In this document: positions 26,074 to 41,150 of the stretch, one piece after another
Numbering within the stretch: position 1 is the stretch's first letter
How the letters are laid out: each line of letters opens with the position of its first letter
The notes under the pieces: generated by a model
Databases searched by the model: none
Told to the model about the DNA's origin: nothing
The model's input: only the letters and a program-made list of their open reading frames with translations
From: Rhizophagus irregularis
Taxonomy: Eukaryota
Assembly: GCF_026210795.1 (NCBI RefSeq)
Contig: NC_089431.1
Coordinates: 5,394,001 to 5,458,000 of the forward strand
Length of the DNA: 64,000 nucleotides
Reading direction: 5' to 3'
Program-made: the position numbers and the translations under genes

Positions 26074-29000
26074 TTAAAAATCAAATCTTTTTAGATTTTT
26101 TAATTTTTTTCTAGTTCCAGTAGTTGAAGGTGTAGTAGAAATGTTTTCTTTCTTGGTTTTCTGTTTGTAAAAATCAACAAATTAATATAAAGTACTTTAG
26201 AAATTTTAGCAAATTAAAAAACTTAATACGAATAAAATACCTCAATTTCTTCAACAATAAAGACATAACAATTATAAGCATGTGATACTAATAAGTTAGT
26301 AGGAAATGATACTCTAATAATCTCTTTATTAATATCACTTGTCCATAACTCTAAAGTAAAATCCAAGAAATATATTCTTAAATTTAAATTTTCTATATTA
26401 GTATCGATTAATAAGAATCTATTAATAAATCTCTTTAAGGCAAGAGCAAATGCTTTAGGAGAAACAAGTTGATGATTTATAAAATTATTAATTGAATCCT
26501 TAATTTGTTGAGTCAATGGAACTTTAAATTTATCATCAATAGTATGAATTGTAGAATTAGTAACTTGTTCTTCTATTAACTCATATATTGCTATAACATA
26601 TTTTAAGGGAAATTCTTTCAAGATATCAATGAATGTTATATTATATCTTGCTAATTTAAGCCATTGATTAATAAAATCAATAATGAGTATATTATTATTC
26701 TTAATTGATAATTCTTTGATTAGACAAAGAATTTTTTCAAAAAGAAACAATAATTCATGCAAATTGATTGAATTTAATGAATTCTCTAAAATTAAAGAAT
26801 TTGATGGTTGAAAAATTGCTAAAATTAATAACATTTTATCAATTGGGATAGGTTCTTGTGGTAATATATTTTTAATATCGGAAATAATTCTTATAGAATT
26901 ATAAAATATTTCATGTTTAAATGTAAAATCTTTCAAATAAAATCCAGTATCTTCCTTTTCAATATAAACTTTATCATAAACTAATTCTTTAACAAGTATC
27001 ATTTCAATTTGTTGTAAATCAAAAATAAAATTTTTCTCATCTTTTCTTTGGCTATAATTTAAAATCTTCTTATTATCCTCATTTATAAAGTTAGTATCTT
27101 GCATTTGAGACAATTTAATGGATTTGATATAATAAGGTGAATCTTCTAAAAATTTAAGATTTTTACATTTTCCAATTGGAATAGCGAGAGCATTATCCAA
27201 AAACTCATTATGAAATTTGATTAACCATTCCAAAATTTTGCATAAATAATTTCCTCCTTCCTTTCGCTCAATTAAACTAAAAATAACAGGACGTTCGAGA
27301 TCCATGTACAATTCCTCCGGTTGATTTTGATTAATATTAGTGATAACAGAGTTCCAACTCAAGGCAAAGTCTTCAAATAAAGATTTTAAATAATTTCCAT
27401 TATTAATATCATCCATTGATTCCTTTTCGATGTATTCCTTAAACGTTATAGTTTGAGCTGATTTTCTGGTTAAAACATATTCAAGTTTGGAATTTATAAT
27501 CTTTACAAATCTAACGATTGGATATAGGTGTTTTATAAGCTTTAACTTATTATAATTACTAATATACGCAGATATAAAGGGATAATCATCCGAATTTTTA
27601 TTAAAATCACTATTATAAAAAGTACTGAAATCTCCAAAATTCACTTGTTTAATTGAAGTCCAAAATTTCGGAAGAAAATTAATTTCATTTTCATTTTCAA
27701 TCCATGGAAAATCTTCCTTTAATTTCTGAAGTTGGTTTATATCTTCTTGTTGCAAGCGTAATTCAAGTAAAAAATATGATCTGAGAGATTGAATAAACGA
27801 ATGATCAATAATAACGCATTCATTAATCTCTTTAACTAGTGATCTGGATAAAGAATTATCCTCTTTTACATAATTGTCCCAGAACTTAAATATAAATTCT
27901 TTTAGGAGAGCTACTGAAGCTATTTGTTGCAATGGAAAATCTCCTTGTTTAGTAAAAGTTTCAATTGAAAATTTGAAATAAGGTGACAATTCTTTTAAAT
28001 CAAATTCAGTAAAAATATTTTGAATAATTTCACAGCAAAGTTCCGCCATACTATTTTCAGAATCTTTAATTTTGAGATTTTTATTAATCATAATTAATCG
28101 ATTTGAAAGTTGTAAAGCTGCTTCAGGGTTTTTAATCAGGGTGAAAAAGATTTTATCATTGTGTTGATTTTCAGTGATAAATATTTTTTCAATTATTACA
28201 TTAATTAATTGAAATGGTTTTCGATTAAGTATATTTTTGTAAATAATCAGTCGTATTTCAGATTCTATAGGAATAAGGTCAAGAATTCTCATAATAAAAG
28301 ATCTAATATGAGTTGAATTATTATTATAATCTAAATCATCAAATATAAACTCAATAATATCAACGTTAATAAGTTCTTGTTTTTTGGCAGTTTTTCCTAA
28401 ATTAATCACCTCTTTGATTTTTTCTAACGGAATAGTATTGATTTTAAATAGATCACTACATATAAGCAATAAAGAAAGGATTGCCGAATTTTTTGTGGTA
28501 TTGATTTTATTGCTTAACGATAGAATAATACTCATCTTATGTTCCCATTCATCATCATTGTTGCAAATTTTTTGTAATATAAAACCAATTGATTCTTTAA
28601 AAAGATATTGATCAAGTGTGCCATACACAATAAATTCTTCTTGTATTTTCGTAATAATAGACGGAAAATTTTCAACCAATTGTAATTGTGTTAAAATATT
28701 ATCTCTATATTTCCACCAATAAAGATGAAGGAGAAATGGATCATTGACTATTTTGTCTCCAACTAAATTCCTTAAAATGAAATCTAATTCTTTTTTACTC
28801 TTTAGTTTTCTAGTAGTAGAGTAAGTTGATAATATAATCTTAATAAAATCATTATAATATAATTCTGAATATCTTTCCAAGTTTTCAAAAATTGGGTTGA
28901 CAGAAAATATATTACGTAAATTATTCTTGAAATCTTCAATATGTTCTTCAATTAATTCTTCATGTAATTTTTTAGTGTTGTTATTAATATTTTCCGGGTC

Positions 29001-32000
29001 TTGACTCAATATATATAATTCTTCTTCATAATAATCTTCATAATAATTAATTTGATTCATAATATAATATGAAAATGGAAATCCTAGTTCATTAACTGTT
29101 GCACATGGCATTATATATTTCGAAGGTTCTGCTTTTGATAAATTATTTATATTGATTATTGTATCGTCCATTAACATTTTTTTCCATAAATCACACAACT
29201 CTAATTTCATTTCAGATTCTTCATTATTTTTAATAGTGAAAAATGTTGCTGTTGCTGATAACTTTTCAAGTGAGTATAAGATTTTTGCTATCGTTTGTTT
29301 AATAGTTGTCTTTACATAATTCTGCAATGCTAACGAAAAGGATCCAAACTGGTTTAAATAATCTTTGTTATAAGCTGTTTCAAATTGCCAATCTTCACAA
29401 TTTAGAAAAATCCATTTGAAAGTTTTTGTTTTTATACATTGAATAAAATTGGTGTCGCTCAATATTTCTTTGTATAACATCCTATCAAATAAAAAGTATA
29501 TTTTAATATTTTATCTATCAAATTAACATTTAAAAAAATTTCATACCTGCTGTAACTTTCATTAAAGGGTCGATATTCTATACATGAAAAGAACCACAAT
29601 AATTCATCTTTAAAGAGTTTTTCAAATGGCTTAGTAGAATTGATTATTTTCTTAAAAATTTCTGAATTTATTATATCATGTAAAGAACAATCCAATAAAT
29701 TACGTAATTGTATCTTTTGGTCTAAGGATTCAATCGTAATCTGTTTCCAGCCACACATGAAATTAAAGGGTGTTGAAGTTGAACTTTGATGTTCTCGGTT
29801 AATATGAAATATAATGCACGAATATTTCATAGGAATAGAGTGTTCCATTTGACTTTTCTTTGAAATAAATTCATTTCGGAATTGTTCAATAATAAATTTA
29901 GCCAACTTAATCATACAAATACAAGTAATATCATATTGAAGAATTAACAAATGGTCGGTTGATTCTAACCAAAAATGTTTTACCTACAATTGTATTCAGA
30001 TTAGATCAAAATTTTATAAATTAAAATAAATAAATGAATAAATAAATATAAAGTTATATTTACCCAGTTTGAGAATTGAATTTCAGTTCTGAAAGTTGAC
30101 AATCTATTTACTTGACATTTTACAAGTCCTTGTAAACAAGATTTGACATCCATATTAATATTTGAGAATGTGTTAATAATTACTAAATTTTCATTTGATG
30201 CTGCCAATGATTTTTCTTGACTGAATAACGCGAGAAAATAATCATAAAGACTATCATGATGCTGTTGATGGAAATAAACATGTTTCCACCGATTAATTTC
30301 ATCTCGTTGTAAAGCTGATCGTTCAGCTCTTATGGCCCCATCAGAAGATGCTATTGCAATTAAACATTCCTTGCATTTTTCTAAAATCTCATCATCATCG
30401 GCTTCAGGATTATTCTTTGTAATATCGATAACTAAACTTAGTAAGGTTTCATCCTTATCGAACCCAATGAATAGATCCTTCTGGGTGAGTTTATTACGTA
30501 GGGTTACTTGATTAACTCCAACCAAAGTTGTCATTTGTTTTACCCAACTGTCTAAATGTTGCACAAGGTCTTTTTGTCTATCATCAAGTATGTCACTAAT
30601 CGACATTTTTTGTTTTTCAAATCGACTAAGTAGTGGAGGATCAGCTGAAGGCAAGTTCTTTTCATCCATGACAAGAATACATTTGAAATTCGGTGAAACA
30701 TTACTGACAGATATTAATTAAAATATTATTTAATCTTAATTCGAAAACATTATCAAACTCTTAATTAATTTATACGTAAATAGACAACTTACAGCATAGG
30801 ATTGGCGTGAGCTCCAAGTGCAACTCGTGTAAAGTATTTTGGATTTTCCTTGTCACCCAGTACAATATAATTTTGATTCCATAAATCGTAAAGACTCCCT
30901 ATTATGCAAAAAATAAAATTTTATTTCTTTAATTGAAGAATTTCATGCTGGAAATTGCATAATTGAATGCTAATAAAATTAAGAAATTACTATAAATTAT
31001 TTCCAAGTCTGTTAGAATTAATGGTTTTCCTATCTCAACACACATCTGGATATAAAAGTAAATAAATATATCAGTAAAAACGTGGCAATAAATAGATTGA
31101 ACAAATAAATTTCTCTCAGTTGATTTTTTTTTTACCATGATTCTACTTAAAACACTGTAAGAATAATCATCCTGGTCATCAGGAAACTGTGATCCTAAAA
31201 TTACAATGGGATCCAAATCTCTTCGTTTAAACTGATAAGTTAATAAATCTACTATCGAGTTACTTTTACTGATAATCATTAAATGACGTGCATCAGGATC
31301 ATCTAAATTTGCATCGATCAATTTTTCAACAGGAGTTGGTTTATATAACCATGGTTTATGATTATTAAATGTCTTGAGTACGTTTCCAAAATATTTTTCG
31401 TACAATTTATCATTTTCTGTTCCCCCAAAACTGCGATCCAATGCCATTTGAATATTCTCTGGGGTCATTTCATCTAATGAAAGCCGTTTGACCAATGCGT
31501 AATAGTCACGAAGACCATGAAAGTTAGGCAAAGCTTGACCATTTTTTTCATAATCCATATATGCTTTAGCTAAAGGTTCTAAAGCGCCTTTTTGTCCATG
31601 TCCAATAACCCCTGTTTTCAATAAGCATTCAGCGGTGTCAACTAAATCATCTAAACTAAATTGTGGCCTATAAAAAAGAGATATATTCATTTACGGTATA
31701 TAAGAAAATTTAGCAAAATTTTTACATGATATAATACCTCTGAACAAGTAATGCGCGGCTACTCATACTATTATCTGGACGCCAATTAGATATTCCTATC
31801 ACCGAAACAGTTGGTCCTGTGGCCGGATAGCTTGGCTCAAGCAGAGAATGAGGACTCGTACCAACTAATAAAATCACAACGAATGAATTCGGTTAACTTC
31901 AACTAAAAAAAAATAGATCATAAGGAAAGTGAAAATCACCATCATCAAGTAAAACAACACTAATAACTGGAAATTGCTCGGAGGTCGTTTCTTGATATTT

Positions 32001-35000
32001 ATTTGCCTTATCAAAAACCTTTATTATACAGTCAGAAGTTGAAGATGACGATCCTTGATGTGGAATTAAATAAATCTGGGGTAGCTTTCTAAAATATTTA
32101 TCATTTGAATCAGATCCACGTAAATTCGAATTTATAAGACGAATTGCCAAAGATTTCGAAGAGCCCGGAACCCCTATAAGGAACAAGGGGGTGCGTGTCA
32201 AAATGCATACAATCATAACCAAAACATTCTCTAATAAGGCTTCATTGTTAGCTGTATTAGGTGGACATTGCATTCTATTAATATAATCCTCCTGTTCTTC
32301 GCGTATAATTTTAGCAAACATGTGTTCTCCTATATAAACTTTGTGATTTTGTAATATTTGTCCCATTTTACGACGATATTGTTTACGTGAATTTTCGTCA
32401 TATATTCGAGAATGATAACAAAGACTAAGTGCTAAAACATAAGTTCTGGTCAGTTTAGTCGGATTTCCAGATGGTGGATATTTATGTTCCTTCTTGTAAG
32501 CTGGACGTTTTATAAGAGAATTATAAAAGAACTTCACCAATGTTATAGCTCGTTTAACATCGCGTAAGCTAACACTGTATGGTTCTTCAACTTTTCGAAT
32601 AAATTTTTGAGAAGCAAACAAGAGTTCAACAAATACGGGATGTCCTAAACTTTTTAAATCTTTAACCATTATTTCAATATATTTCAATTCATCATCTGGT
32701 TTTAAAACATCATAGTCCCATACATAATCTAAAACTTGACTGGGAAGTGGTTTTACTTGATAAATAAGATTACTTTGTTCTTCTAACTTTTTATTTGTCA
32801 AACAAGCTTCGTTTTGCATCCTTTTGCGAAAACGGTATGGATTACAAGTAGCAAATAGCCGAATATTTTGATGTATAGGTTTTCCCTTATAAACTCTGCT
32901 AGATATTAAATCTGCAAGTAAACCTATATAATTACACGTGTTGATTTCGTCAAATAATATCCACACTTTACTATTTTCTGCTATTTTCAAGGCATTATCC
33001 ATAAAGATTGTAATAGCCCGTCCATCAATTCCAGCATGAAGATTAAGAATTTGAAATGGAACTTCAACTACCATAGCTAGATATGCAATTAAACTTGTCT
33101 AAGGAAGAAATAAATAAAATTGAACAAACAAAAAAATAACAAGTAGTTAAAAAATCGCATCCTATAAGCCATAACAACAGAATAAAAAAAAAAAGTACTT
33201 TTCCGCATCCTGCTTCACCACAAACTACTACTGGAATGTTTGCACGCTCTCTTAAAAGCATTAAGATCATTTTTATTAAATTATCACAAGATAAAGCATA
33301 TTCAGGAAGGTTTAATTTTTCTGCTGAATTTCGTGTCATAGATTCTAACTTTGCGAAAAGGGCATTTTGAGACATTAAATTATAATCATCTAATTCCCAA
33401 TTGGTTTGGTCTCCAATTACTTGACTTTTTAGTAAATTTTTAATGTCATCATGAACCTTTGTTCTGTCACGATATAAAATTGACATTATATCTGAAGTAT
33501 TGGAATTGAAAAATAAAATAGGATGATTTGAATCATCCCATTGAACAATTGTACTAAGATATTCATTTTCGCCATTTGCATAAGTCTCAGATTCTAGTTG
33601 TGATTCTTTTATCTTAAAAGATCTGATTGCAAAATCTTTTGAGACATTTATTAAAGTCCTTAATATTGTAGTTTTAATAGTCGCTTTAACAATTAATTCT
33701 AGATTATTAATGGTAAGGAGTTTACTTGATGATAATCGTACTAATTGATCCGCAAGGACATTGACAAACATTTCAACAAATCGAAATGAAGAAATATCTT
33801 CAGCATTGTTATTAAAAAGATATTTTGCAATAAGATATTGACATCGTGCCGCTGGTTTTATTTCTTTATCTGGTTGAAAAAAGATTTCTTTTGAATCAAT
33901 TTCGTTACGATCTAATAAATCCAAATAATTACAAGTAATTTGGATTGGACTATAAATTTCTTGTGAAACTATCAAATTTTTGATATTCCAGGTTAAATGA
34001 TTGAACGATAAATATCTTGTCATAGGAAGAGAATTAAGTAAATCCTGTTTTGTATTTGAGGATATTTCGATAAATATATGTATAGGTGTATCAGATAAAG
34101 GTAAGCAAGCTATGTCAACATCGGTAAAAACCATGCCCAAAGTTAATAACTCAAACAAGAACATGTTAACATCCTCAGGATAGTCCACCGACACTATGTT
34201 GATATGTAAGCTTTCTACGGGTTGAAGTTTAAAATTTTTGAATTTCCGTACAAGCAACCTGAATTCCATACTATCACTTATTAAAAAATTACGTGGAATT
34301 TTCTTTTTAATAGAACTATCCTCCTTGATCCATTTAGTTTTTCCTTGCCCAGATAAGTCAGATGAAACACGTATAACATTCTGACACAGTTCTTTATAAA
34401 TTTGATTCATAATTTTGTCATTTAAACCATTAGTTGCATGCATATTTGAAGATAATTGATCTAAAATATAATGACACATTTCATTTTCATTTTTGTAATA
34501 AATTAGCGCCAAACGATATTCCTTCTTTTGACTTTGCATTGACCTAATTTGATTAACTAAATTACGTTGTGAATTTAAATTTAACACTTCTACATTTGCA
34601 ATACAAAATAATTGACCTCCATATCCATTATTTGATGCGAAGGAACTTCTTTTTATGAAAATTGTAAGTTCTTCTATAGTAGTTAAAGAAGTACATATCA
34701 AAAGCTGCCATGATTCGGGGTAATATCCGTGATTAGCATATAATGACATAATAATGTTTGGAACTCGTGATTTATCATTACAAGTAGCAATAAATAATTT
34801 ATTTTTTGTAACGACATCTTGCATTACACGCTGTTCAACAGCATCAAATTTACGTGATCGCTTTGGAATATTTCTGAAAATTCTTTCTAATTCATTTCCG
34901 ATTTCACAAAGGATTTCAAAATAATCTTTAGATTCACGTAAAATTCTTTGTACATCTCTATGAGATGGTGATAATTGGGCTTTGCTATTTACAAATCTAA

Positions 35001-38000
35001 TTAATGCTTTACATTCTTCTTCATTTTCTCTATCCGAAACTTCTGATACAAAATAATCATATAACGCCAAAACATGACGAGCTGATAAGAATGTTAAATA
35101 GTAACATTTTTTATGCGCATGATCTATCATTGATTGCCTATAATTTTTTAATTAAACTTATTAATTTATTTTATGATAAAAATAAAAAAAATTCAATTCA
35201 AATAAAACATTTACCATTTCTTAAGTTCCTCCTTTAAAAATTTAAGATAATCATTCATATTGTCTGTTCCCTGTAATTTCTTTTCAAACTTTCTATAGTC
35301 AAAATGTCCCGTTTGCATTAACATAGAAACAATGCTAACTATTTCTCGTGCAATATCAACTTGAATAATAAACTGTTTCATTGCATATTTGGACGTTTCA
35401 GCATCATTATCATTCATCATAGTTATATTATTTTTGTTTGTAATAAAAAGAGCTCGTTCACGCAAATTCAAAATCTCATTAAAATTGCACATCTCATTGA
35501 ATTTAGGACACTGTAAAGAAAATAAGCACTTGTCTTCTATTTGATCATATACAAATACAAAAGTTCCATTATGTACAGCATTTTTAATTTTTTCCTTAGT
35601 AACCTTTCCAGGATTTTGGCTACTTTTACATAATGCGATCTTTTCTCCTATATTATGATTCTTTCTTATAACAATTAGTAATTCCTTCAACAAACCAGCA
35701 ATAGATTCTATATTTTTATTCATAAGAGAAAATAAACATTGCTTAATTTGAATAAGTGATGAAATTCTAGTTTCTTCATCTGAATAATATTCACAATTAA
35801 TTAAATTTCTGGTATCAAATTCTAAATTTTTCTTTAAAAAACACACTAATTCGTCAGCATTCGACAACTCTTTAACCAATTTCCAGCAATCTTGATTAAC
35901 ATCAGATAGATTTCTATTAAGGTAATCAAAAAAATTACACATTTGCCCAAGTTTCATTGTATCATCTTTCAAAATACGAATTGATTTTGATAGCCAATCA
36001 TCTTCATTATGCAATACTCCAAAATTTTTTACTACATTTTCTAAATTTATCAATTGTTCAATCCAATGGGGAATTCTTAATAAATTATTAAGGGCTTGTA
36101 CAAATTGCTGATTTTTATTTTTATAACCTATTAAATCGAGTTCTGCGTTAACATCCGTGATGTTGTTCCAAAACAAAGACGTATCAGAGCATTTAAGTTT
36201 TTCCCATTCCTTCAATTGTTTACAAATAGTATCATATCTTTCAAAAACAACTGGTATTAATCTTTGCGATATGTATTCTACTTTTATTGCACCAGTATCT
36301 TCTCGGATGCAAGTCTCAAAGACATTTTGAAAAACTTGAGATTGATAATATTTGTAACAACGTCTTACATTGTCAAACATATTCTTCCAATAATTTGATA
36401 CCATTAATTGTTTTAATTCTGAATTTTGCATATTTCGAATAAAATCATTTCTATCTATTACTTGAGCACTTGAACAAAATTTGTCAAGAAATTTGATGAA
36501 CATCTCGATTTCAAGTTGAAAATATTTTCTAAGTTCCGCAATTTCTTCTTGAGAGATTATCACGTCATCCATAGATTTGTTTTTACCTATAGTTTCTTCA
36601 AAATATTGAAATATTTGCTCGTCAGAGTATTCCAATAGTAATTGTAATAATCTCATATTTATCCTTTTTTCTAAAAGTAATCTGTTAAGTTCAGTGATAG
36701 ATGTTTTAATACGTTGAATATAAGCGTTTGCACGGAGTTTTTCAATGTTCCCGGTTGCATTTAATATAATAACCCATAACTTTCTAGAATTCATGATATT
36801 TATATACTGATCGGATAAATAATGTTGTAGTCTAGTCATGATATAGCACAAAATATCTTCACACATCCTAAATATTTTGTTTCACGTTAATAAAAAAAAA
36901 TATATAATCACAAATAAGGATAGTAAAATGAGCTAAATACTTACGCATTTGGAATCTCTAGCGTTTTTTCTTCACAATTGCAAATCAAGAATATTCTATT
37001 AATCAACGGTTCAATTTCTTGAATAACTTTATTCAATGTTTCTTTAACAAGCTCCAAAAATAATTCTTTTACTTTTTGTTCTTTTATCTGGGCTATAAAT
37101 TTTATTGCACCAATTATCTGAGATTCTGAACATCCCTTTACCCTATCTAAAGTAATTATTGTTAAGTTCTCCCAAATATTTTTCCGGTGACCAAGCAAAG
37201 GATGCATACGTTCTAAATGTTGAAATACCGAAAATATAAATATACTTTTATTGGTATTATTACTATCTAATTTGTTTAAAAGAAATATGAACCAATTTTT
37301 AGAAATGTTTGGCATCTTTTTTTCTTTTGTATCTGAAAAATCCCTACGAAACCAGTTGTCCAAAATTTCAGGAAATAAAGTTAATAGTTCTAAATTACAG
37401 GATTGAGACACAAGTTCCAATAATTGTATGATATCTTCTCTGTTCCAATTTAAACTATCATTTTGAATAAGCATTCTTATGGCATTAATATTCGGATCCG
37501 TCCACTTAGCAAGTGGACTTTTAAGTAAAAATAAAGAATGATTTCGAAAAACTTCAGTAACATTACCCTGGAGATTTATTGGAACCCTTTTAAAATGATT
37601 TTCTAAATTAACAGCATTATCATAAGAAATATTCTTTTGAATTTGATCAATTAAGGAATTGAGAATGCTCTCATCAATTACGCTATTATGGAAAAGTATA
37701 TCGTTCCATAATTTGAAAAGTGAGTCATTATTATGGCATAATTGGATTAACCACTATCAAAAAGAAAAATTATGAATGAAAAGACGGACTCTGATTACAA
37801 CAAATAATAGTAATAATAAATAGTTAATATCTTTACCTTCGCAAGATTAATGTAAATATCAAATTCAATATTCTTAATATAAGGACTGATCATTTCCGCC
37901 TCCTTTATAAATGTCGCCAATAAATCATCGTCATGATACTTTAGTGCTTTTAAACGATTGACAAAGGTATATCCAGGATCAACGTCCGCCGCTATTGCAA

Positions 38001-38739
38001 ATTTCTTAAGCCAATTAAATTGATATTGAAAGGCGTTATGTTGAATTAAAGTTGTAAACGCAATATGCATTTGAACCTTTACATCTGAAAATTTTTCCTG
38101 ATTATAGTTGTCAAGTGCATCAAGCAATAATTCAGATAGAAAGAATTTTGGTAATTCATAATTCGAATCCTGTCTTGAAATATGATACCCTAGAAGAAGG
38201 CATAAAAAAAGACGTTTTTCTCTCAATTTATCATCAATATGGTTGTTGATGAATTCGATATTTGATACGTTAACTGTAAGCTCATTATGAAGAGATAATA
38301 AATATTGATATTCAGTAACTTTGTCTTTAAGGTTGTAAGATCCAATAGAATTAAAAATATAATCTACAAATGCATAATCTTGAATGTCATTGAGATATAT
38401 AACGTTATTTTTCCATATGGCAAATTGATTATTTCTTTCAATATCCAATATACGATTATCTTTATCGTCATTTCCTTCAAATATGAATTTTTCACTTTTC
38501 TTTGGTACGTGAATAGCAAATCTATACATAATATCATCTTTTTCTAATAAATTGGACAAGGAAATGGTTATCGGTTCAGATTGCCAATAAGTTGGACTTT
38601 CGAGGAATGGTTGACGAAGTTTTACGATAGGGTTTTCCCAATAACCTAGTTCTTTTCTATTGCCGAGAACTATGGGTTGCCCGACTTTTTCTATTCCTTC
38701 CGGTAAATGGATGTGAAATGTAAATATTTTACTTTCCAT
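26074..38739 (-). CDS. RNF213: RNF213/mysterin-like giant AAA+ ATPase (~3,900 aa, ~13 exons)
   Basis: Exons ~38739-37838, 37754-36946, 36867-35215, 35137-33198, 33098-31940, 31864-31739, 31668-31136, 31046-30992, 30898-30794, 30704-30065, 29983-29548, 29481-26242, 26160-26074 splice in frame. CBM20-like N-terminus (FHIHLP...VLGNRKELGYWE), P-loops SGQGKT, GEAGCGKT, GVPGSSKS, Walker B ILFDEIN, and RNF213-type motifs CNPYR, VSLRDVKR, FHGLRDYYALVK, GSQFPDD, SLYDLWNQNY, PPLLSRFEK, FPFSY. A short upstream exon is possible (acceptor at ~38754). Confidence 0.92.
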
Positions 38740-40259
38740 GGGATTATCTTTTCCTATGGGAAAAATATAAAAAAAAAAATTTTTACTATTTCGTTGCACA
38801 ACTAATGAACTAAAAATTAGAGTTAATAAATGGCAGCACTTTAAGTAATACAGTAACAGTAATACATTGGCGTCAAGCTTCCTAAAAAGTTAAAAGGCTG
38901 TGAAAGTCAATTAATCATGAAAATCTTTCCTTTTATAGATAATTCCTGGTGGAAAACTATTACCTTTTTTGAATTTATCATAATTTCGGCCCACAACGAT
39001 CGGAGTGACAATCAGGAATCTACATTAAAACGTTTGAAAAGTTTGATTGTGATAGGCAATTATATATTGGATTTAATCAATAATGAAAGATTTTTTTTGA
39101 AGTAAATAAACTAAGGATATTTAGAAATTTTGTTTATAACAAAAAGAGAAATTTGATTCGGATTGAGTTTTTTAATTTCTCTCTTTTTTATATTTGAAAA
39201 GAATTTTTAAATTTACTATATCTTAAACAAAAAAAACTTTATACAATATTTCACTTAATTAAAAGATCTTTCAGTTAAATTATAAATATGATGTAAACAT
39301 ATTGTTCCTTAAAAGATAATATTTACACTATAGGTGCTTATATTCTCTATAAACTTATTGCCACCCACCAAAATATTAAGTTTTATTATTTTTTGAAAAA
39401 CAATCTATTTTCATAGTATAAAGCTTGCTATGTTTGAAAATGCTAAATTTCTGTTTATTTTAGTAGCGCTAATTTTCAGAAGTGTTTTAACTCGGATATC
39501 AAGCTTTTTTAAATATGCTCGTAAAGGGGTTCAAGAATTTTGTGTTACATTATATACACTAAAAGTTAACTTGAAATTTTCGATTTTATCGGAACATAGG
39601 CTGATATTACGAATATGTCAATTATGATTTAAATAGCTTTTTTCCAGCGTAACCAGCGTAACCTGGGATATTTGCATATCCATATAACCCATCTGTTTTC
39701 ATTCTGCTAAAAGACAACTTTTTTTAGTGGTAAAAGCACTCCTTATACACACTTATACAAAAATTCAGCTTCCGGAACATTTGTTAATGTCAACTGAATG
39801 TAGTAATTCCGACTGCCGATTTAGCAGATAGGTTTTAACAGTAATGATAAATTTAACAATAAAGAAAATTACAAAGAGACTTTTCATTTGAAACTTTCTG
39901 CGTTTTATTAATGAAAACAACTTTGCTATCATACGAATTTTAACTTTAAACATAGATTATCATTTAAACTTTATTACAACTTTTAACTATTGTAACAACT
40001 AGCTAAAACTAAAACAATAAATGTAAAATCAATTTTAACATTTAGTTTCAGTTAAGTCAGCATCGTCAGCATCACTAATTTTATATGAGTTGGCATAAGT
40101 AAGTTTGTTAGAATCATCTGACTAATAAAATCGGATCAAAAAATTCAATGAGTAAATAATGTTTATATCTATCATATGACCCAACGCGAATCACGCGTAG
40201 CGTAAATCAATCACAATCAATCACTAATCAAAAACGCCATAATTTTTCATAGTATAAAT

Positions 40260-41150
40260 GGGATGTTGTCATGGATTATTTTCGGCAAAACCGCCCGTCC
40301 AGATTTCAAAATATCCTTTATGGATGAATCTCGTCAACTAGAAGAAATACTAAACACTCTCGTAAATAAAAATGATGAGGAGGAGGAGCAAATAAGCGTA
40401 AAACGATTATTAAAGGGCATTAAGGCATGTAATAAATTTTTTATTTAATGTACATGCACAAATCTTATGGTTTCAGCTGGAGCTCTTCAGTTACAATGCA
40501 AAAGTTCTTTGGGTTGCACCTATTGTAAGGTCGGTTGATTCTGGAGGATGAATTGGCTATGTTCCTTACAATAGTCAAAGAGTTTTTAGTGTCTAACAAA
40601 GACGCTTCAGTAGTGTAGCATGACAATAAGGATGGAATCGAAAATCGAATCTTTTCAGGATTTTCTTTATAGACGATCAACGGTCAACCTGACATCAAAT
40701 CGGTTTCTAATTTTAGCAGAATCAGCACTTAGTAGGAAGCATTGGAAATTGCTTTAAAGCCAAATGGGTTTATGCGATTCCAATCCTAATTGTCAATAGT
40801 GCTAGTAATTCTGAAGGATCTGACAGGTTTAGTCTGCAGTGCCTTTTGAAACCATTTTTAGCATTTCACAAAAAGTTTCTTCCATATTTTGTTCTTTGCT
40901 TTGATCTAACGTTACCTCTTTTTTTGAAAAGGACCATCAAACTAATCTAATTTTAAGTCCGCGAATTCTGGACGATCTTGGAGAAAGTAAGAGATATTAC
41001 ACTAAATGAAGCATGTGAAGTTGTGAACCATCAAACACGATAACAATGAAAACAATCCTCAAAAAATATTATTTTCTTCAGGACTATCTCGTAATGCTGT
41101 GAAGAAGAGAAAACCTCTTCACAAGTATTTGAAGAAACCCGAATAGTTCA
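40260..41150 (+). pseudogene. Decayed coding-like remnant of unknown family
   Basis: Coding-like composition with short broken frames (MDESRQLEEILNTLVNKNDEEEEQ...) and intron-like stretches; no long ORF or recognisable domain. Confidence 0.3.

Noticed and set aside
28384..38547. Short plus-strand ORFs within the RNF213-like gene
   Set aside because: Antisense shadows of the long minus-strand exons.
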